A DNA stretch of 64,000 bases from Chrysomallon squamiferum (lineage: Eukaryota; Animalia; Mollusca), in the NCBI GenBank assembly GCA_012295275.1, contig CM022665.1, positions 29,202,001 to 29,266,000 of the forward strand. Direction: 5' to 3'. Numbering within the stretch: position 1 is the stretch's first letter; each line of letters begins with the position of its first letter. The notes under the pieces were generated by a model, which did not search any database, was not told the origin of the DNA, and was given only the letters and a program-made list of their open reading frames with translations. Both the position numbers and the translations under genes were made by a program. This document shows, one piece after another, positions 48,932 to 62,954 of the stretch.

Positions 48932-49173
48932 TTAAAAATGAGAGGTTGCTTTACAGTTATAAATACTTTCAAAATTGTAGACTGGAAAAATCACTGCATG
49001 GTACATGGTTCCTCAGTTTGTTGTGTAATTTTGTACATTACTGTCTACAAATTACATGTTTTTCCATTCAGTCTGAAGTGAGGACATAATAAGGCAGCAG
49101 ATATCATTTCTTAATGCATTACCACATATTTTAATTTTGAATACTTTTATTATTGTTGTTGTTTTTGTTATTG

Positions 49174-49204
<31 letters not shown>

Positions 49205-50439
49205 ATAGCAAATACTTGTTACCAGGTCAAATAAGAAGTAAATCTAAAACATGTACTTAGGTATTTCTTTCATCCTATCTTATTCTTTAAGCCTTATTCA
49301 GCAGGCAGATGCAAGTATCAGTTCCTGGAGCTAATATAAGGAGGGTATGATAACAGCATATAGATAATAAGCTTAAATCCCTTGGACAGAATCTTACTGT
49401 ATTAGACTGTGTGCCTAAAACTTTCCCCCAAAATGGACAATCAAAAGATTAGTGCTCATGTTATGACAAAAGAAAAAAGAATATATTCAGCTGTAAATAA
49501 TCAATTTAGGTTTGAATTTTAATGTAACTTCAGAAAAGGTGAAATTTAAAAATAAAAACAAAACCTTTCTAACTGTAATATTTCTAAATAATCACAATCT
49601 ACAGTATGAATTAATTATTAAATTGTGATTAAATAAACTAATTTTGGTCCAAACATATTTATTTTAAACATTTGTATAATTAATGTTACATTTGATCATG
49701 ATTTTAACATAACATTGTATATTATCTCTGCAAAAACTAGATATTCAAGTGGAAAACAGACTCACAATGACAGCTTAAATTGAAATTTATATCCCTATAA
49801 AATTTTAGCTCTTTGAAAAGAATTACAAATCTATTATATTGTTCAAAAAAGAAATGTCTGACATGACAAGGGAAATAACTGCAGATGCTAGGGACCACTA
49901 ATGCATCTATTAATACATACCGTTACAGCATAAAAAAAAAAGTATTCATGAAAATAATTAAAGAGAAACCAACAAAGTAAAGAATAAAACCAATACATTT
50001 TTTAAAAACTGTACCTTTGAACGACCTTTTACTTTATTTTATAAAATAATAAGGTTAATAACCACAAAGAAATAAAATTTATTTTCAACTTTTTGAACTT
50101 AACAAATTCCAGTTAACAAATCAACTGCATAGTTAGATGAGCAGAAATTTAAATCAGTAGTTGGCAATAAAACTATCAAGGAAACTTATTATTTGTTACA
50201 CTGTCAAAATACATAAGGAGATATAAATAATTCTACAATTAGAGATTTTTAAAAATATAAATATTAATAACCGTTTCATCAAAGTTAGAACATAAAGTAT
50301 TTAATAATTTTGTCAAACTATTAAAAAACAATTTTACCATTACATAATTTGTTAAGTAACAATATTTATTCTAGAAATAGCTTTTTTTTTCTTTTCTTTT
50401 TTCTTTATTGTTTATACTGATTATTTACTTACTGAATCA

Positions 50440-53400
50440 TCATTCATCATCATCAAAATTCTGAACTGTGTATCTGTTAAGTCTTGCTTTAGCCTTTAGT
50501 CGTTCCAGCTGTTCTATATTTCCATGGAGCCTGAAGAATAAAATATGTTTGTCTTACACAACCATGATCAGATCTGTGCCCAGTGATATTTATTTTCTGA
50601 ATTTGAGTACTGCTCCTAAACCAAGTTTTAAAACTTTGAATCATGATAAGAAAAATTTAATTTTTTCAGTAGGTACAAAGGAAAAATTTATTACATGGAG
50701 GACATACAAAAGATCCCAATGTGAAAATGGTATTTCTGTGAGCTGACAGTGGGTTGTTTTCTTATATATGTGACCTCAAAATAATGATACACAAATGTGT
50801 TAATGTGTTGTTAAATATTCACCAAAAATATGAAAATTTTAATAAACAAAATAATGCAGTGATATGAATATTTGTATTTGTAGATCAACATAACACCAAG
50901 TTACTTTTCAACCATATATTCTAACATATTTTTACTGCATGTGATTTCCAGTTTGATTTTAAATCTCTCAATACTATCGTTCTGAATAAGTGAAAAACAT
51001 AGAACAGAGAACACTGTTTTACATCAGAAATCTATCTTGTACAGCATGAACAGGTTAAGTTTTAATTTTAATAATAGATCTAAATCATACTTGGCATTTT
51101 CCTTTGCTGATTTATGGTATGCAGCAATTTTCTGATCCCTTGCATTCAGCATGTCAGCATAGCTGGCACTGGTTTTGCTAAAAAGACACAAGTATAACTA
51201 AAAATTAACACGGATTCAGCATATAATCATTCTCAACAGAATGTGTTTTACATACATTTTATTTCAGAGTTAATTCATGTACCTGTATGATGCATTTTCT
51301 CACCTAACAAAAAGTATGAATTTTTCACTATATTAAGCAATCAGATGTAAATTTGAACTTTACATCATCAACTATGTTCTTCCTTGATACAGCATAAACA
51401 ATGATCGTATTTAGAAGTTTGAAAAACGTATTACTTATGAATGAATGAGTATATATAACCATGGTTACATTAATAGTTACTATCATTTATTGCATAGAGA
51501 GGAAAGCATAGTATTAGTTATGTATGTACTTACTAAAATGTGTAGTAATGCAACAGTCCTCCGAACACCATAACTGCCAGACATCCCAAGACAATTTTTG
51601 AATTGGCTATTCTGTTCCAGCCTCGGACACCATAGTAACCACGCTGCTCTGCTTGCTGTTCATAATATTTATCTTTTGACTGATCTCTCCAGTGCCACAG
51701 GGTTTCATCCCAGTAAAACTGTCCTTCTTCAGATCTGACATTAAAAAAAAAAACACTATTAATAACGTCTGTCAGAAACAAAAGTTAAAACTAAAAATAA
51801 CTATATTGTAGTAATAACAAAAATTAAAAACAATCAGTAAAAGTTTACCTTTGTAATTAAATTATAAAAAAAAAATTATTAATGGCCTTACTTTTAATTA
51901 TCTAACTTTAAAATATTTTAATTTTACTAATCTGACTGACATGAATATTATTTTTTAAAACTCAAAGTAAGCTTTTAATAGATTAATTCCTCAACAACTG
52001 AAAATGACAATGTATACCAATAAAAACCTGTAAAACTTCCTATGGTCTTTATTAATCTGAGTTCCACTGCTGAAATCTCAGAAAGGTTATAATATTATAA
52101 TCTAACTCTACTGCACTAACATAAGGGAAAAACGTTAAAAAAAAAAACTTTAAACAAATATTTAATTCAGAAAAAGATGGTCCCAAATATTTTTTTTTTC
52201 GTCTTGTTACTGGTATTTCAGTTATCAAAAACAGTCTTGAAAAAATCGACAAAAAAAATGAAGCAGCATACCCAGCTCCAGTCCCAGGACGGTTTGAAGA
52301 TCCGTATGTGTGTGATCCAACTGAGGATGATTCCTGGTATCTTTGTCTAACTCGAGATGCTAGACTCAGATCATAATCTCTCCGATTCGATGGCTTTATC
52401 AGGGTAGAATATGCTTCATTTACTTTTACAAACTTCTCGTGATTTTTAGGATCCTTATTTATATCTGGATGTAACTGAAAAGAAGTTATACAGTCATTAA
52501 ATTAATAAAATTAAAATAAGTTTTAAATATTATATTCATAATAAATGCGGCATTAAAAGATAAAAAGTAAGTGTAAATAACAGAAATTCAATTGTTTCTG
52601 TTTTTCTAAACTAAAATTGTAAGCGGCATTTCATAATTTATTTTTTAACGCTTAATTTTGCAAATACTTAGTAACAAATCTGTAAACAATGAAGATTATT
52701 TCTGTTGTTAATCATACCTCTTTTGAAAGTTTAATGAATCTCTGTCTTATTTCTTTTGATGTGGCATCTCTTTCTAAACCAAGAACTTCATAATGTGTCC
52801 GTGAACAACATCTGAAAATAATAACAATAATAATATAAAGTAACAAAATAATTTAAGCATTTGAAAATGTTCAGGGCTGAAATTTTACCATGTGAAATAA
52901 AAGAGAAAATAACAAATATAAAAGTTATGGAATTTTTACAACCAATCTGTTACATGTTTGAATTTAAATAAATTATTCCATTATTCATAACAATTTTGTG
53001 TTTTGACATAGGATTACAACAAAAGAGAAGGACACACACAGACATCATGAAGTAGGATTAAGTACCACAAAATGCAGTTAAATTTATTTTCACATAGCTG
53101 ATCAGATCCTCTAGCTAACACTAATAAGATAGATCAAACTGAAATTTTCATCTCTTATTTCAGAAAATGTTTATTCAGACTGTGAGATATATAAGAAAAT
53201 GGTCCAGCTAACAGAAAGCATTTCTCAAAGACTCATCCTACACATTCAGATATACATGACCAGAGGTTCAAATATACTGTGATACACTAAAAAACGAAGC
53301 ATGGGACTGAGCCACAATTAACATTCAATGAAGTTTTCACAAAGAAAACAAACATAGCAATATTCTGTTACCTTTTTTGCTGAAAATTCAGCAGATGTTT

Positions 53401-53464
53401 GTCTTGGTTTTTGTCTAATTCAGTGAAAAGCTGAAAATATGGCATAACTCTGATCAAGATGTAC
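50440..53464 (-). CDS. DNAJC4: DnaJ homolog subfamily C member 4-like (J-domain plus transmembrane helix), about 249 aa if started at ATG 53445
   Basis: Exons on -: 53464-53372, 52811-52718, 52474-52272, 51734-51534, 51177-51091, 50530-50440. All are GT-AG with compatible phases. J-domain THYEVLGL...FIKLSKE|LHPD...FVKVNEAYSTL...RRDYD, followed by YYGVRGWNRIANSKIVLGCLAVMVFGGLLHY (TM). The true start codon is uncertain. Confidence 0.85.
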
Positions 53465-53572
53465 CTGTGAAGTAAAATGAAAAAAACTTAAAATAAAAAT
53501 CGGGCATTTTAAAGTAGATGAACATTTTGGTCTCATCCACACTCAGTATGTGGTACTGTGCATGTGTCTAAA

Positions 53573-53573
<1 letters not shown>

Positions 53574-53622
<49 letters not shown>

Positions 53623-53651
53623 TTGTTTTTCTTCTTCTTCTTCTTCTTCTT

Positions 53652-53708
<57 letters not shown>
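53574..53708 (+). repeat. Compound (GTT)n-(CTT)n-(ATT)n microsatellite
   Basis: Read directly. Confidence 0.95.
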
Positions 53709-53710
<2 letters not shown>

Positions 53711-55666
53711 ATATCTAAAGCAATTTTTAAAGGAAATACTTTTGCTAAAAGGTGATGAAACTCAAAAGCATATATATATATATAAAAATACTTCCTTAAT
53801 ATACCACAGATCAGCCAAGGGGGCAAAATAATCTTTCTTTAATTAATTTTAACCCATGGTGAAGTTTAAGTCAGCTTCATTTTTCTTTTTTCTTTGGTTA
53901 TTTCTGTTAAATTATATTTGTTAATAAATCACTGAAGGTAAGCAAAATATTCTATTGTTGTTCTGATTAGAGACTGACATTACCACAGTTCTTGTATTCC
54001 AATTAAATTAATTAAGAAGGACATGATAAATTACTATACATAATTACATGTACAGTAAAGATTACAGTTCACAAAAGCTATTCAAGTCTGAGTCCAAGAC
54101 TCAAGGTAGAAGGATACAAGTAATCAGAAACAAAATAAAACTTTTATTTAATAATTTTACTACTTATGAGGCATGAGGTCATATAAAATGTTTAGTTAAA
54201 GACTGTTTTATTAGAAGCAAAACAATGATGCACACGTTACATGTAGCTGTTTAATTTTATGTTCTTGACAAAGGCTTGGTTATGTCGTATTCTCTCATTT
54301 CTCTTTCATAAAATCTCACTTTGCCCTAATGTGTCTAGAGGGAGAAGTCATTTCTCTATACTTTTCTAGCCTTGCTTGAATCCTGATCCGTCCTTAGTTT
54401 TGTTTTATTATGTTGTTTCTCTGAGAGATTTTTCATAATTGATGTTTTATAAATGTAATAAAGGCAGCAAGTAAATAATGGTAACTTTTTCATTTTCTTA
54501 TTTTTATTTTAGAAATTTAGTAAACAGTTGTTGTTGTTTTTTTTGGTTGGGTGTAATTTGTTTTTATTACAATTATCATTATTGTTATTGTTGTTTTTAA
54601 CCATTGTTTTCACTACTCTAAATAACGGGGTTCATTATTTTGTTTTCAGTTTGTTTTTTTCAACTCAAATTTGAATTTTTCCAAATTCTGTTTTCACATA
54701 TGTAATTCATGGCAAATTCAGCTGTTAGAAAATAGAAGTTTTGCTTTATAATAAACATTAAGAAACAATAACAGCTGTGATATATTTTAAAGTAATTAAC
54801 AACTTGGATATTTCAGACTGTTTATAATATCAAGGCTGAAATCATATAAACAAATTCTTAAATATACATACAAATTATATTAATACTGCTGTAGATTTAG
54901 GTATCTAAGAAAGTTGATGGTTAATTTCCAAAATGATAATGGCCAATGAAAATATTTTATACCTATAACAACAAAAGAAAATCTGTTAAAATATATTATA
55001 AACAAATCTGACAGAAAATATGTTGGGTGTAAAAATCTTGAAAATGGGAGAACTGGATATTTGTTCATTTCATCATAAAAAATATTCAATAATTACATAA
55101 TCACAACAATCTAAATTAATAAGGAATTATAAAATTTGTAACAAATGAAATGACATAACATTTTGTAAGAGACTAAGCGAGTAAATTGCCACACATATTA
55201 CATCATCACACAGATAATCATTATCATGATCATCTTGTGTATGCTGATAATAATTATGTTTTGATACGTTGAGAAAACATTTTGAAATCATTTAATTCAA
55301 TTAATAAATAAGATTATTCTTGTCTGTGGCTTAGTACATAAATTCTTAATCAGGTTGATGAATCGTTGAGTGAATGTCACCATTCATAAGTGTGAAATAT
55401 CATTAAATCTCTGTTTCTGTTACATTTCCATCATATTTCTTAACAAAATGGTTTAAGTTATAAAGTTATATCTGAAACAATGATAACTGATACAATTTAA
55501 CTTAAATAAAATAAAAACGTGCAAAAAGACTCAACATTCAAAAGAAGTTATCTGCCCTTGACATTCTCACTAAAGTCATGCTTTAGCGCAGTTTAGGTTA
55601 ACTGTGATTTTCTAAGAATATTATTTGTATCAGAAGAAAAACAATGTAACAAAAATTGTACATTAC

Positions 55667-55890
55667 CTCTGTTTTCACAAATGAAATTACATAACATGAC
55701 AAATATATCCACATCGACTTCGATGTGACTCGAAAGAATCTCCTTGTCAGATGTTTGTCCTCACAGTAGCCGACTTTCGTTTTTTAGTGGTTGAAATCCG
55801 TTAGTATATTACGCTTCAGACCGTTATGTACTTATAACAGCCAATAAAAAAGCTACCAGAAAACCAGTCTTTAATATAATCATTTCCGGT
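55667..55890 (-). other. Probable first (5'UTR) exon of the DNAJC4-like gene; upstream boundary approximate
   Basis: Good donor GAG|gtaatg at 55667/55666 inside a CpG-containing patch. Its ATGs are not in phase with the exon at 53464. Confidence 0.45.
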
Positions 55891-56130
55891 GTTTATTTCA
55901 CCTTTAAAATATTAAAATTTAAATAGGAATTATTATTATATACATTTTAAAATCATTTTCCAGTGTTTAACAGAATATACTAGAGCAGAATTAATTAATT
56001 TTTCAATAAATATAAATTTTAAAAAGGAACATTTTCTATAAACGATTATTTTGGTAAAGCACCTAAGTCGAACTATGACGCATAAATTATTATCTTAGTA
56101 TCAATTATGATGAATCTACGATACTATTGA
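55700..56130. promoter_or_regulatory. Putative bidirectional promoter between the DNAJC4-like gene (-) and the C2H2 zinc-finger gene (+)
   Basis: Head-to-head gene orientation and locally retained CpGs in an otherwise CpG-poor region. CCAAT at about 55841 and ETS-like ATTTCCGGT at about 55882. Confidence 0.5.
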
Positions 56131-56809
56131 TAATAGAATAAACTGATAAACTAAAATGCTGATAAAAGAAAATCAGAATTTGTTGCAAATATTTATAATG
56201 TTAAAGTATATAGAGCCACTGGAACTGGTTCAATAAATGGATAAATAATCATTTATTAATTTAAAAAGAATACAACGTACAATGTTACATGATATAATAA
56301 TAATTACTGTCATAATAGTCAAATAAACGATAAATGTACATCATCATGAAAGTCCAAAAGACAATCATGAAAACTAAAATTTATTCATAAATCTTTACTT
56401 CCAATCCTTTTCTCTCTATTTTCTTTTTCTTTTATTTTAATATTGATAGTGCTATTATTATTGTTGTTGTTTGCTATAATTTTAAAATTAAATTTTAAAT
56501 AGCATTATTATTTTTCTTTCACTGATAAAACCATTTTATCAGAACTTAAATGAATGCTATATATATTTTAAAAATAATTATAGCCCTTAATTACTGGATC
56601 ATTTTTAGACCAAAAATTGTTTTTACTTCTTAATTTTTTTTATTGTTATTATTATTATTTATTTATTTTATTATTATTATTACTATTTAAATTTGTGTAG
56701 TATCCAGATTCCTGAGATATACAACAGCTTAAAATTCTTGATTGATTTGTGTTGTCATTATTTTGAATGTTAGAATTAACATTTTATTTCTAAAAGTAAC
56801 AGTATAAAA

Positions 56810-58420
56810 ATGCATAATAATAAAGATGGATGTGACATACAAGAGACCAGTGATAAGGTTGACTGGATTATTGCAGAAAATGTTAATTCTGATGGTGATA
56901 ATGATAGCAGTTCTCTACAAGTGAATAATGAAAAAGTGACACTTTCAAACAACAGGCCTAAAAAAGTGGTAAAGGGAGGTATAAAATCATCAAAAGTGGC
57001 TTGTTTTAATATACTTATTGCAAATTTGAGAGATAAAGCTCTATCAAAACATTCTGACAGAGAATCAGTGGGTAATAAAATTAAGAAAAATTACCAAATT
57101 TCTTCTTTGGATATTTTTGGAAATAAAAGTTTTAATATTGAAGAAAAACCCCAGATAAATAGCAGTAGTCTTCTACAGACTTCTGCATCAGATGCCACAA
57201 GTAAGGCTGCTGAACATCCAGCCTGCAGCTCTTTAATGTGCAGAACTACAAAAGATACTGAAAATGTTCAAAGTAAAGGTCAGGCTTCAAACTTAACATT
57301 AAGAAATCTATTGATGAATGGTCCATCTGTTGTAACCAACTCCTATAAATTAAACCCTAATTCTTTGAACTCTGAGGCTTATAATTTTAAGTCACAAGAT
57401 GCATTTACTGAAAAAATATGGTTGCCACAGTTAAGTGAATTAATAAAATCCAAATCTTTGACTTCAAATAATGGTCAGACCAATTATTTACACGAAACAC
57501 TACCAACAAGAATTAAGGAAAATCATGATAACATTCCTTCTGTTATTAAGGATGAAAGATCACAGCACCAGAGGCAGCCAACACTAAAAACTTCATCTTC
57601 ACTGCTGACCAAAAAGATAAGTAGTCCAGAACAACAAATTAATGAATCAGTAAAGGATGAACATTTTGACTGTCATGAATGTAACAAAACATTTGGGACA
57701 TCAGCTTCTCTCACTGCTCACAAAAGGTATCATCGACTGAGAAAGAAACTTGTCTGTTTAACTTGCAAGAAAGAATTCTCTGTCAGTCGTGAATTTCAGC
57801 AACATTTGAAACAACATAATAAACCTATGGAGCATGTATGTTCTGTATGTTACAAGATTTTTAGTGTTGCAGGTGCATTGAAAAGACATATGCTGGTTCA
57901 CAGAGAACAACCAACAAAAGAGAATAATGAAGGAAACGAGCTAAAGTGCCCTGTATGCTGTGAGAAATTTTCTAAGTATTATATAAAAAATCACATTAAA
58001 ATCCACTGTGGTGATCGTCCATACAGTTGCAATAAATGCACAAAGGCATTTACTCACAAACAGAGCCTTGAGGCTCACAAGCTTAAACACAAAAGAGAAA
58101 TGTTGGTATGGCAGTGTGATCTCTGTGATCGTTTCTTTGATTATGAGTACTTACTAAAGCGTCACATGAAACTTCATGATGGCAAATATAAATGTAACAA
58201 GTGTGACAAAACTTTGAAAAATAAAGCTAGTTTTCTGTCTCACTGGCGCACACATAACACAACTAGTTACCAGTGTGATGTGTGCAACCGCACTTACTTA
58301 AGATACAGTGCATATTTCAGTCATTATCAAAATCACAAGAATGTGCAGAAAAATCCTCTACCAGAGGTTAATGGAAATATGCTTTGTGAATTAGCAGAAA
58401 TGGATGACAGTGGCAAATGA
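56810..58420 (+). CDS. C2H2 zinc-finger protein, 536 aa, 8 fingers in the C-terminal half, single coding exon
   Basis: Long uninterrupted ORF with eight C-x2-C-x11/12-H-x3-H units, one near-canonical linker (HCGDRPYSC) and an S/N/K-rich N-terminus. Confidence 0.93.
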   Translation: MHNNKDGCDIQETSDKVDWIIAENVNSDGDNDSSSLQVNNEKVTLSNNRPKKVVKGGIKSSKVACFNILIANLRDKALSKHSDRESVGNKIKKNYQISSLDIFGNKSFNIEEKPQINSSSLLQTSASDATSKAAEHPACSSLMCRTTKDTENVQSKGQASNLTLRNLLMNGPSVVTNSYKLNPNSLNSEAYNFKSQDAFTEKIWLPQLSELIKSKSLTSNNGQTNYLHETLPTRIKENHDNIPSVIKDERSQHQRQPTLKTSSSLLTKKISSPEQQINESVKDEHFDCHECNKTFGTSASLTAHKRYHRLRKKLVCLTCKKEFSVSREFQQHLKQHNKPMEHVCSVCYKIFSVAGALKRHMLVHREQPTKENNEGNELKCPVCCEKFSKYYIKNHIKIHCGDRPYSCNKCTKAFTHKQSLEAHKLKHKREMLVWQCDLCDRFFDYEYLLKRHMKLHDGKYKCNKCDKTLKNKASFLSHWRTHNTTSYQCDVCNRTYLRYSAYFSHYQNHKNVQKNPLPEVNGNMLCELAEMDDSGK

Positions 58421-59266
58421 CTGTTCAAAAACTGATATATCAAAGAAATTTTAATATTTAGAATCTGTTGTATTATCTAAAATATGATCTGGTCAGTTTT
58501 AACATATCATAAAATTAAAAAATAATAAAATAAATAAATAAACTTGATAATTTAAAGGTTCCATCATAAAATGGCTTATTAATAATATATATATATATTT
58601 CTTTTCTTTTTTTTGTTGCAGTTTTTGCTTGGTTGTTTTTGGTATATACATACAGATCAACAATCCATTGTCCTTAATCCAAAAATTATGTATTTTTGAT
58701 GAAGCATCATTTACATGATTGTGTACAAGCTTTATTAAATGCTTTTCTTAAAACTAAACTTTATATAGACAATTTACAGTCTGTTCATGAGGTGTGGATT
58801 AGAAATACAGGCGACCTTTGTTAAATGCATAAATTTATTATACATTGCATTTCATTATTATAAAATTAAATAGAATTAAATATTTATATGTTCAGAAACA
58901 AGGCAGTATGTACTGTTTCACACATTTTATATGACTATTTATTGTGTTGTTATTACTTTTTAACTTCTTTAATCAAAATATTCTTTTGTTTTACTTTCTT
59001 ACATTTTTTATTTTTTATTTTTTTAGCTGCTACTATATTTTAATTTTGAGAAAAATATATTTTCATCAAATTTTACACACACTGGGGGAGGGAACGTAAA
59101 TGTTAATAATCAGTATTATATTTCAAGTTTAAATTTTCCAAAGTATTTGTTTAAAACTTGTCATTATAATACATTTTCTTACAGTATGGTGCTTTTTTTA
59201 ATAAAAAAAAATAATTATATTTAACATTCTACAATATGCTGTACATTTAACCTTTTTATACTTTTT

Positions 59267-59300
<34 letters not shown>

Positions 59301-60373
59301 AAAGAAAAACAAATATAACTGAATAATTATAACATTTTGTAACTAATATATTATACAATAAAGTGTTTCTTTTATAGGTTCATTGTTATGGATTTTTAAA
59401 AATATGTTTTGTTGATGGTATTGTTTAAGATCATGCTGTGATTTTGACATTCTCATAAATTAAAAAAAGCCAAAATTTAACGGATACACCAGTAGTGATG
59501 TTTTATTTAAGTACAACATAACTGACATTTAACTTCATTAATCAGTGACAGTCAGTTATTTCTGGTTGCAGTACTAAATTAGCCGAGGATTCCAAATCTT
59601 CAGTTCTATCTGACATCCAGGTAGGCAGAAGTTTTGATTGTCTTTCAACCTCTAAATGAAGATTCATCCAAATTGTAGCTAACAACTGAATCAATGATGT
59701 AATGTTTGATCAATCCCATTTCCCCACGTCACATGACCAGTTTATTAAAGGCTGTATTTTGCTTTCCTGCCCATAAACTGACAGCAGATAAACAAACGCT
59801 CAAAAACAGCATTATCAACATTTATTAGGTATCAGCTTTACACTTTTTATAAAATAGTGATGTGAAAGAAAACCAGTAATTGTATCTTGTATGGACTATA
59901 TTTATTAATTAACAAGGGATATTTTATGTGCAGGACATTTGGTACAGAAAAACTTTTCACTGATCTAGATGTTCTGTTATTAGTAGAACTAGTAGATCAT
60001 CATTATCCAGTGCTGAACCCAACATAATTTTATGATGCACCAAATATGCGTGTGTCTGTGAGTGTATGCATGTGTGCATGCACACGTGTCTGATTAAGAG
60101 AATTCAACCATTGTATGTGTGATTTAACTGTGAATAACATTTCACCATGTTAAAAAACATTACGTTATATTGTACAAAAATTGTTTAACTAACATTACCT
60201 GAAACATGTGGATAAGAACACACATTTTTATCAACAAACTTTTATTGCAAAATGTGAAACAATCAATAAGTGAAATTTTTAACAAATTTAAACTCAGTAT
60301 TGAAATTTAAATTGGTTTATTGTTATATTTGTTTGAGTGTGTTTTTGCATGTGAGGGTTTTGCATGTGAGGGT

Positions 60374-60408
<35 letters not shown>

Positions 60409-61655
60409 ACATAAACTGCTCTCACATTTTTGCATTGTTGTTTCTCCATTTACTCAAAATGTAAATTTATAATTGTTCCCACATAACCCTCCTCAAACAG
60501 CTTAATCTATATTTTTGAGTTCAACATGAAACACAGTATCAACTATTATACAGAACAATGGTGAAATATATCTGCAAACTATCAAAATACATTTTATTTA
60601 CATCAATAACATAGCCAAAAAAATATAGTAATAAATAAAATATTATTATATAAATTACACTAATCTGCTGAACTAACGCATATTAATATATTATTACATA
60701 ATCGTAATATACAAAATTGGTCAGAAATAAAGGTGATTATTCTAATTTAAAATTCTGATTAATTTGTCTCTGTAAACTTCTAATGACTGTAAATGTTTTT
60801 CTTTCTTGCATTAAATGCATCATTTCCTTAAATATCTGACAAAGATGACATAATGATTTTTCTTCTGTGAAGACTTTTGTTTTCTCACCAAGATAGAATC
60901 ATTTAAGGCCAACTTCAGTACCTGTCTTTAAGACATGTGACCATATTTTTACTCCAAAAATATCAACTATTTATAATGTATAAATACATTTTAATTTCCA
61001 GCTTAAAAAAAATTAAAACAAATCATGCAACGATTAAAAAAAGAACAAACAAAAAAATTAAAACAAACTGTGCAACAATTAAAAATAGAACAATCAAAAA
61101 AAAATGAACAATACCATCCCCCACCCCCCAAAATAGAATTTAAAAAGTACCAATTATTAACCATCTATGAACAAAAGCATCATATTAAAAACATGACTAA
61201 ACCATTTATACTATTCCCCATTCAAAAGGATTATGTTTGTGGAGTATATCATAAGAAGAAAAAACACAGTATTCTAGTTACTGTATAAATAATAACACAT
61301 TTCTGTCAATATTAGACATACTGAAGTTACATTTTACAATGTATTGTTAGATGTAGGACATACTGCAATGACCTACTGCATAGACTGATCATAATGATTC
61401 AAAGGTTCTAAAAATGTCTGTAAAATTCATTTGTATACAAGGAGTCACAGTAATTTAACAGCAATTATCTTAAAATAATCCCAGAAATGGGTTTTCTTTT
61501 AGAGCAATCATTATACTATAATGTCTGTTAGATTTTGCAAATGCATATAATATCATGTCAGATGCTATATGGTCAAAAATGTGTCAAAATAATAATACAG
61601 TTTAATGGTTCAAACTGCTTACAAACACACACATATGCACATGCACATACACACG

Positions 61656-61713
<58 letters not shown>

Positions 61714-62749
61714 CAAAAAATAATAACAGATAAATGAAATTATTAAATTCATACAGAACCATTTTGTGTGAATTGCAAATGTAAAACTGAACCCTAATAA
61801 ACCCACATCAAATGAATAACATTTTGAGGTACAATTATGTTACCTAATTTTTAATAATATACAATGATTATGTTCCAATATTCCAAAAAAATACACTGAC
61901 CAACACATTTCTTTTTATACTCTGAAATAAATACTTCTGTATAGTGCTATATATGGAAAATACCTCTATATAGTGTTATAAACACCAAGTTGTTTCATAG
62001 GATCAGACCCCATAGATCAGGCTGTTAAGCAGAAGTTATGTTTTCTGTTTGAATTATCTTCTGCAGGTTCCTCAGAGTTAAGAGATTCTGGCATCAATGC
62101 CTCCCCTTGAGGTACCCTGTCAGGCAAATGTTAGGTGTGAAATATCCCATATAATGTATTAAACCACAATAATCTACCACATGAACAAAGATTTTAAAAA
62201 TTTCATGAAGTTAAACAATCTCCATTCTTAACTGAATACATTTTCAGTTATATTTAAAAACATGAATCTATTAAACAAGGAAACAAGCAAGTAATCTAAC
62301 TTATATTACATTAATATTATTTTTTTAATTTAACATTATTTATATTAATTATAACAAATGTTCAAAATGTGAACATATACACATACATTTGCTTGTTTGT
62401 TTGTTTTTGGTTCAGTTCTTTTATTTTATTTTAAATGTTTCTTACATTTACTCCCCCCCCCACTAATAAATATGACTATGTCCAATATATTTTACAAATG
62501 TGCAATACATAAGCTATTAATTATTATCATATGGAATCAGTATATTATCAGAAAGCTTCTGGAGATAAACAGTACACATTTATAACATGAAAAATAAAAC
62601 GGCTAATAAAATGTAGCTGTATAACAAATAATCCATGTATTTTAAAATCCCAATAATGCTTTCATATCTCCATCAGTGTTGAGGAAATCCTAGTTCAGGC
62701 ATTTCTGTTATAAACAGTAAAATATCATTAACATTGTAATTCTATTATT

Positions 62750-62954
62750 TCAACCAAATGCAGGATTGGCTTCTTTGACTCTAATGTTTGGATTTCCCAT
62801 TGGATCAAGGAGTGGATCATTTTCTGATGCATCTCTGCCAAGTCTAGACAATATGACAACAAATGTAATAAAACCAATAATTCCTAGAAGTAGCACCATC
62901 AGAAACCTCTTCCTAATAGCATTGGGGTCTTTTTTCTTCTTCTTGTCCACTGAT
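62750..62954 (-). CDS. ZFPL1: Zinc finger protein-like 1, last exon (TM helix plus DPLLDPMGNPNIRV)
   Basis: LLLGIIGFITFVVILSRLGRDASENDPLLDPMGNPNIRV matches the known ZFPL1 C-terminal pattern (SRLGR...DP.LDP..NP.IRV). Acceptor ttttaaag, phase 2. Confidence 0.92.

Noticed and set aside
50433-50442. TGA TGA as possible selenocysteine readthrough
   Set aside because: There is no redox motif context, no SECIS was recognised, and this J-protein family is not known to contain selenoproteins.
55667-55697. ATG-initiated MLCNFICENR as the DNAJC4 coding start
   Set aside because: It ends in phase 1 while the next identified exon is open in phase 2, and no bridging exon was found. Treated as 5'UTR/uORF.
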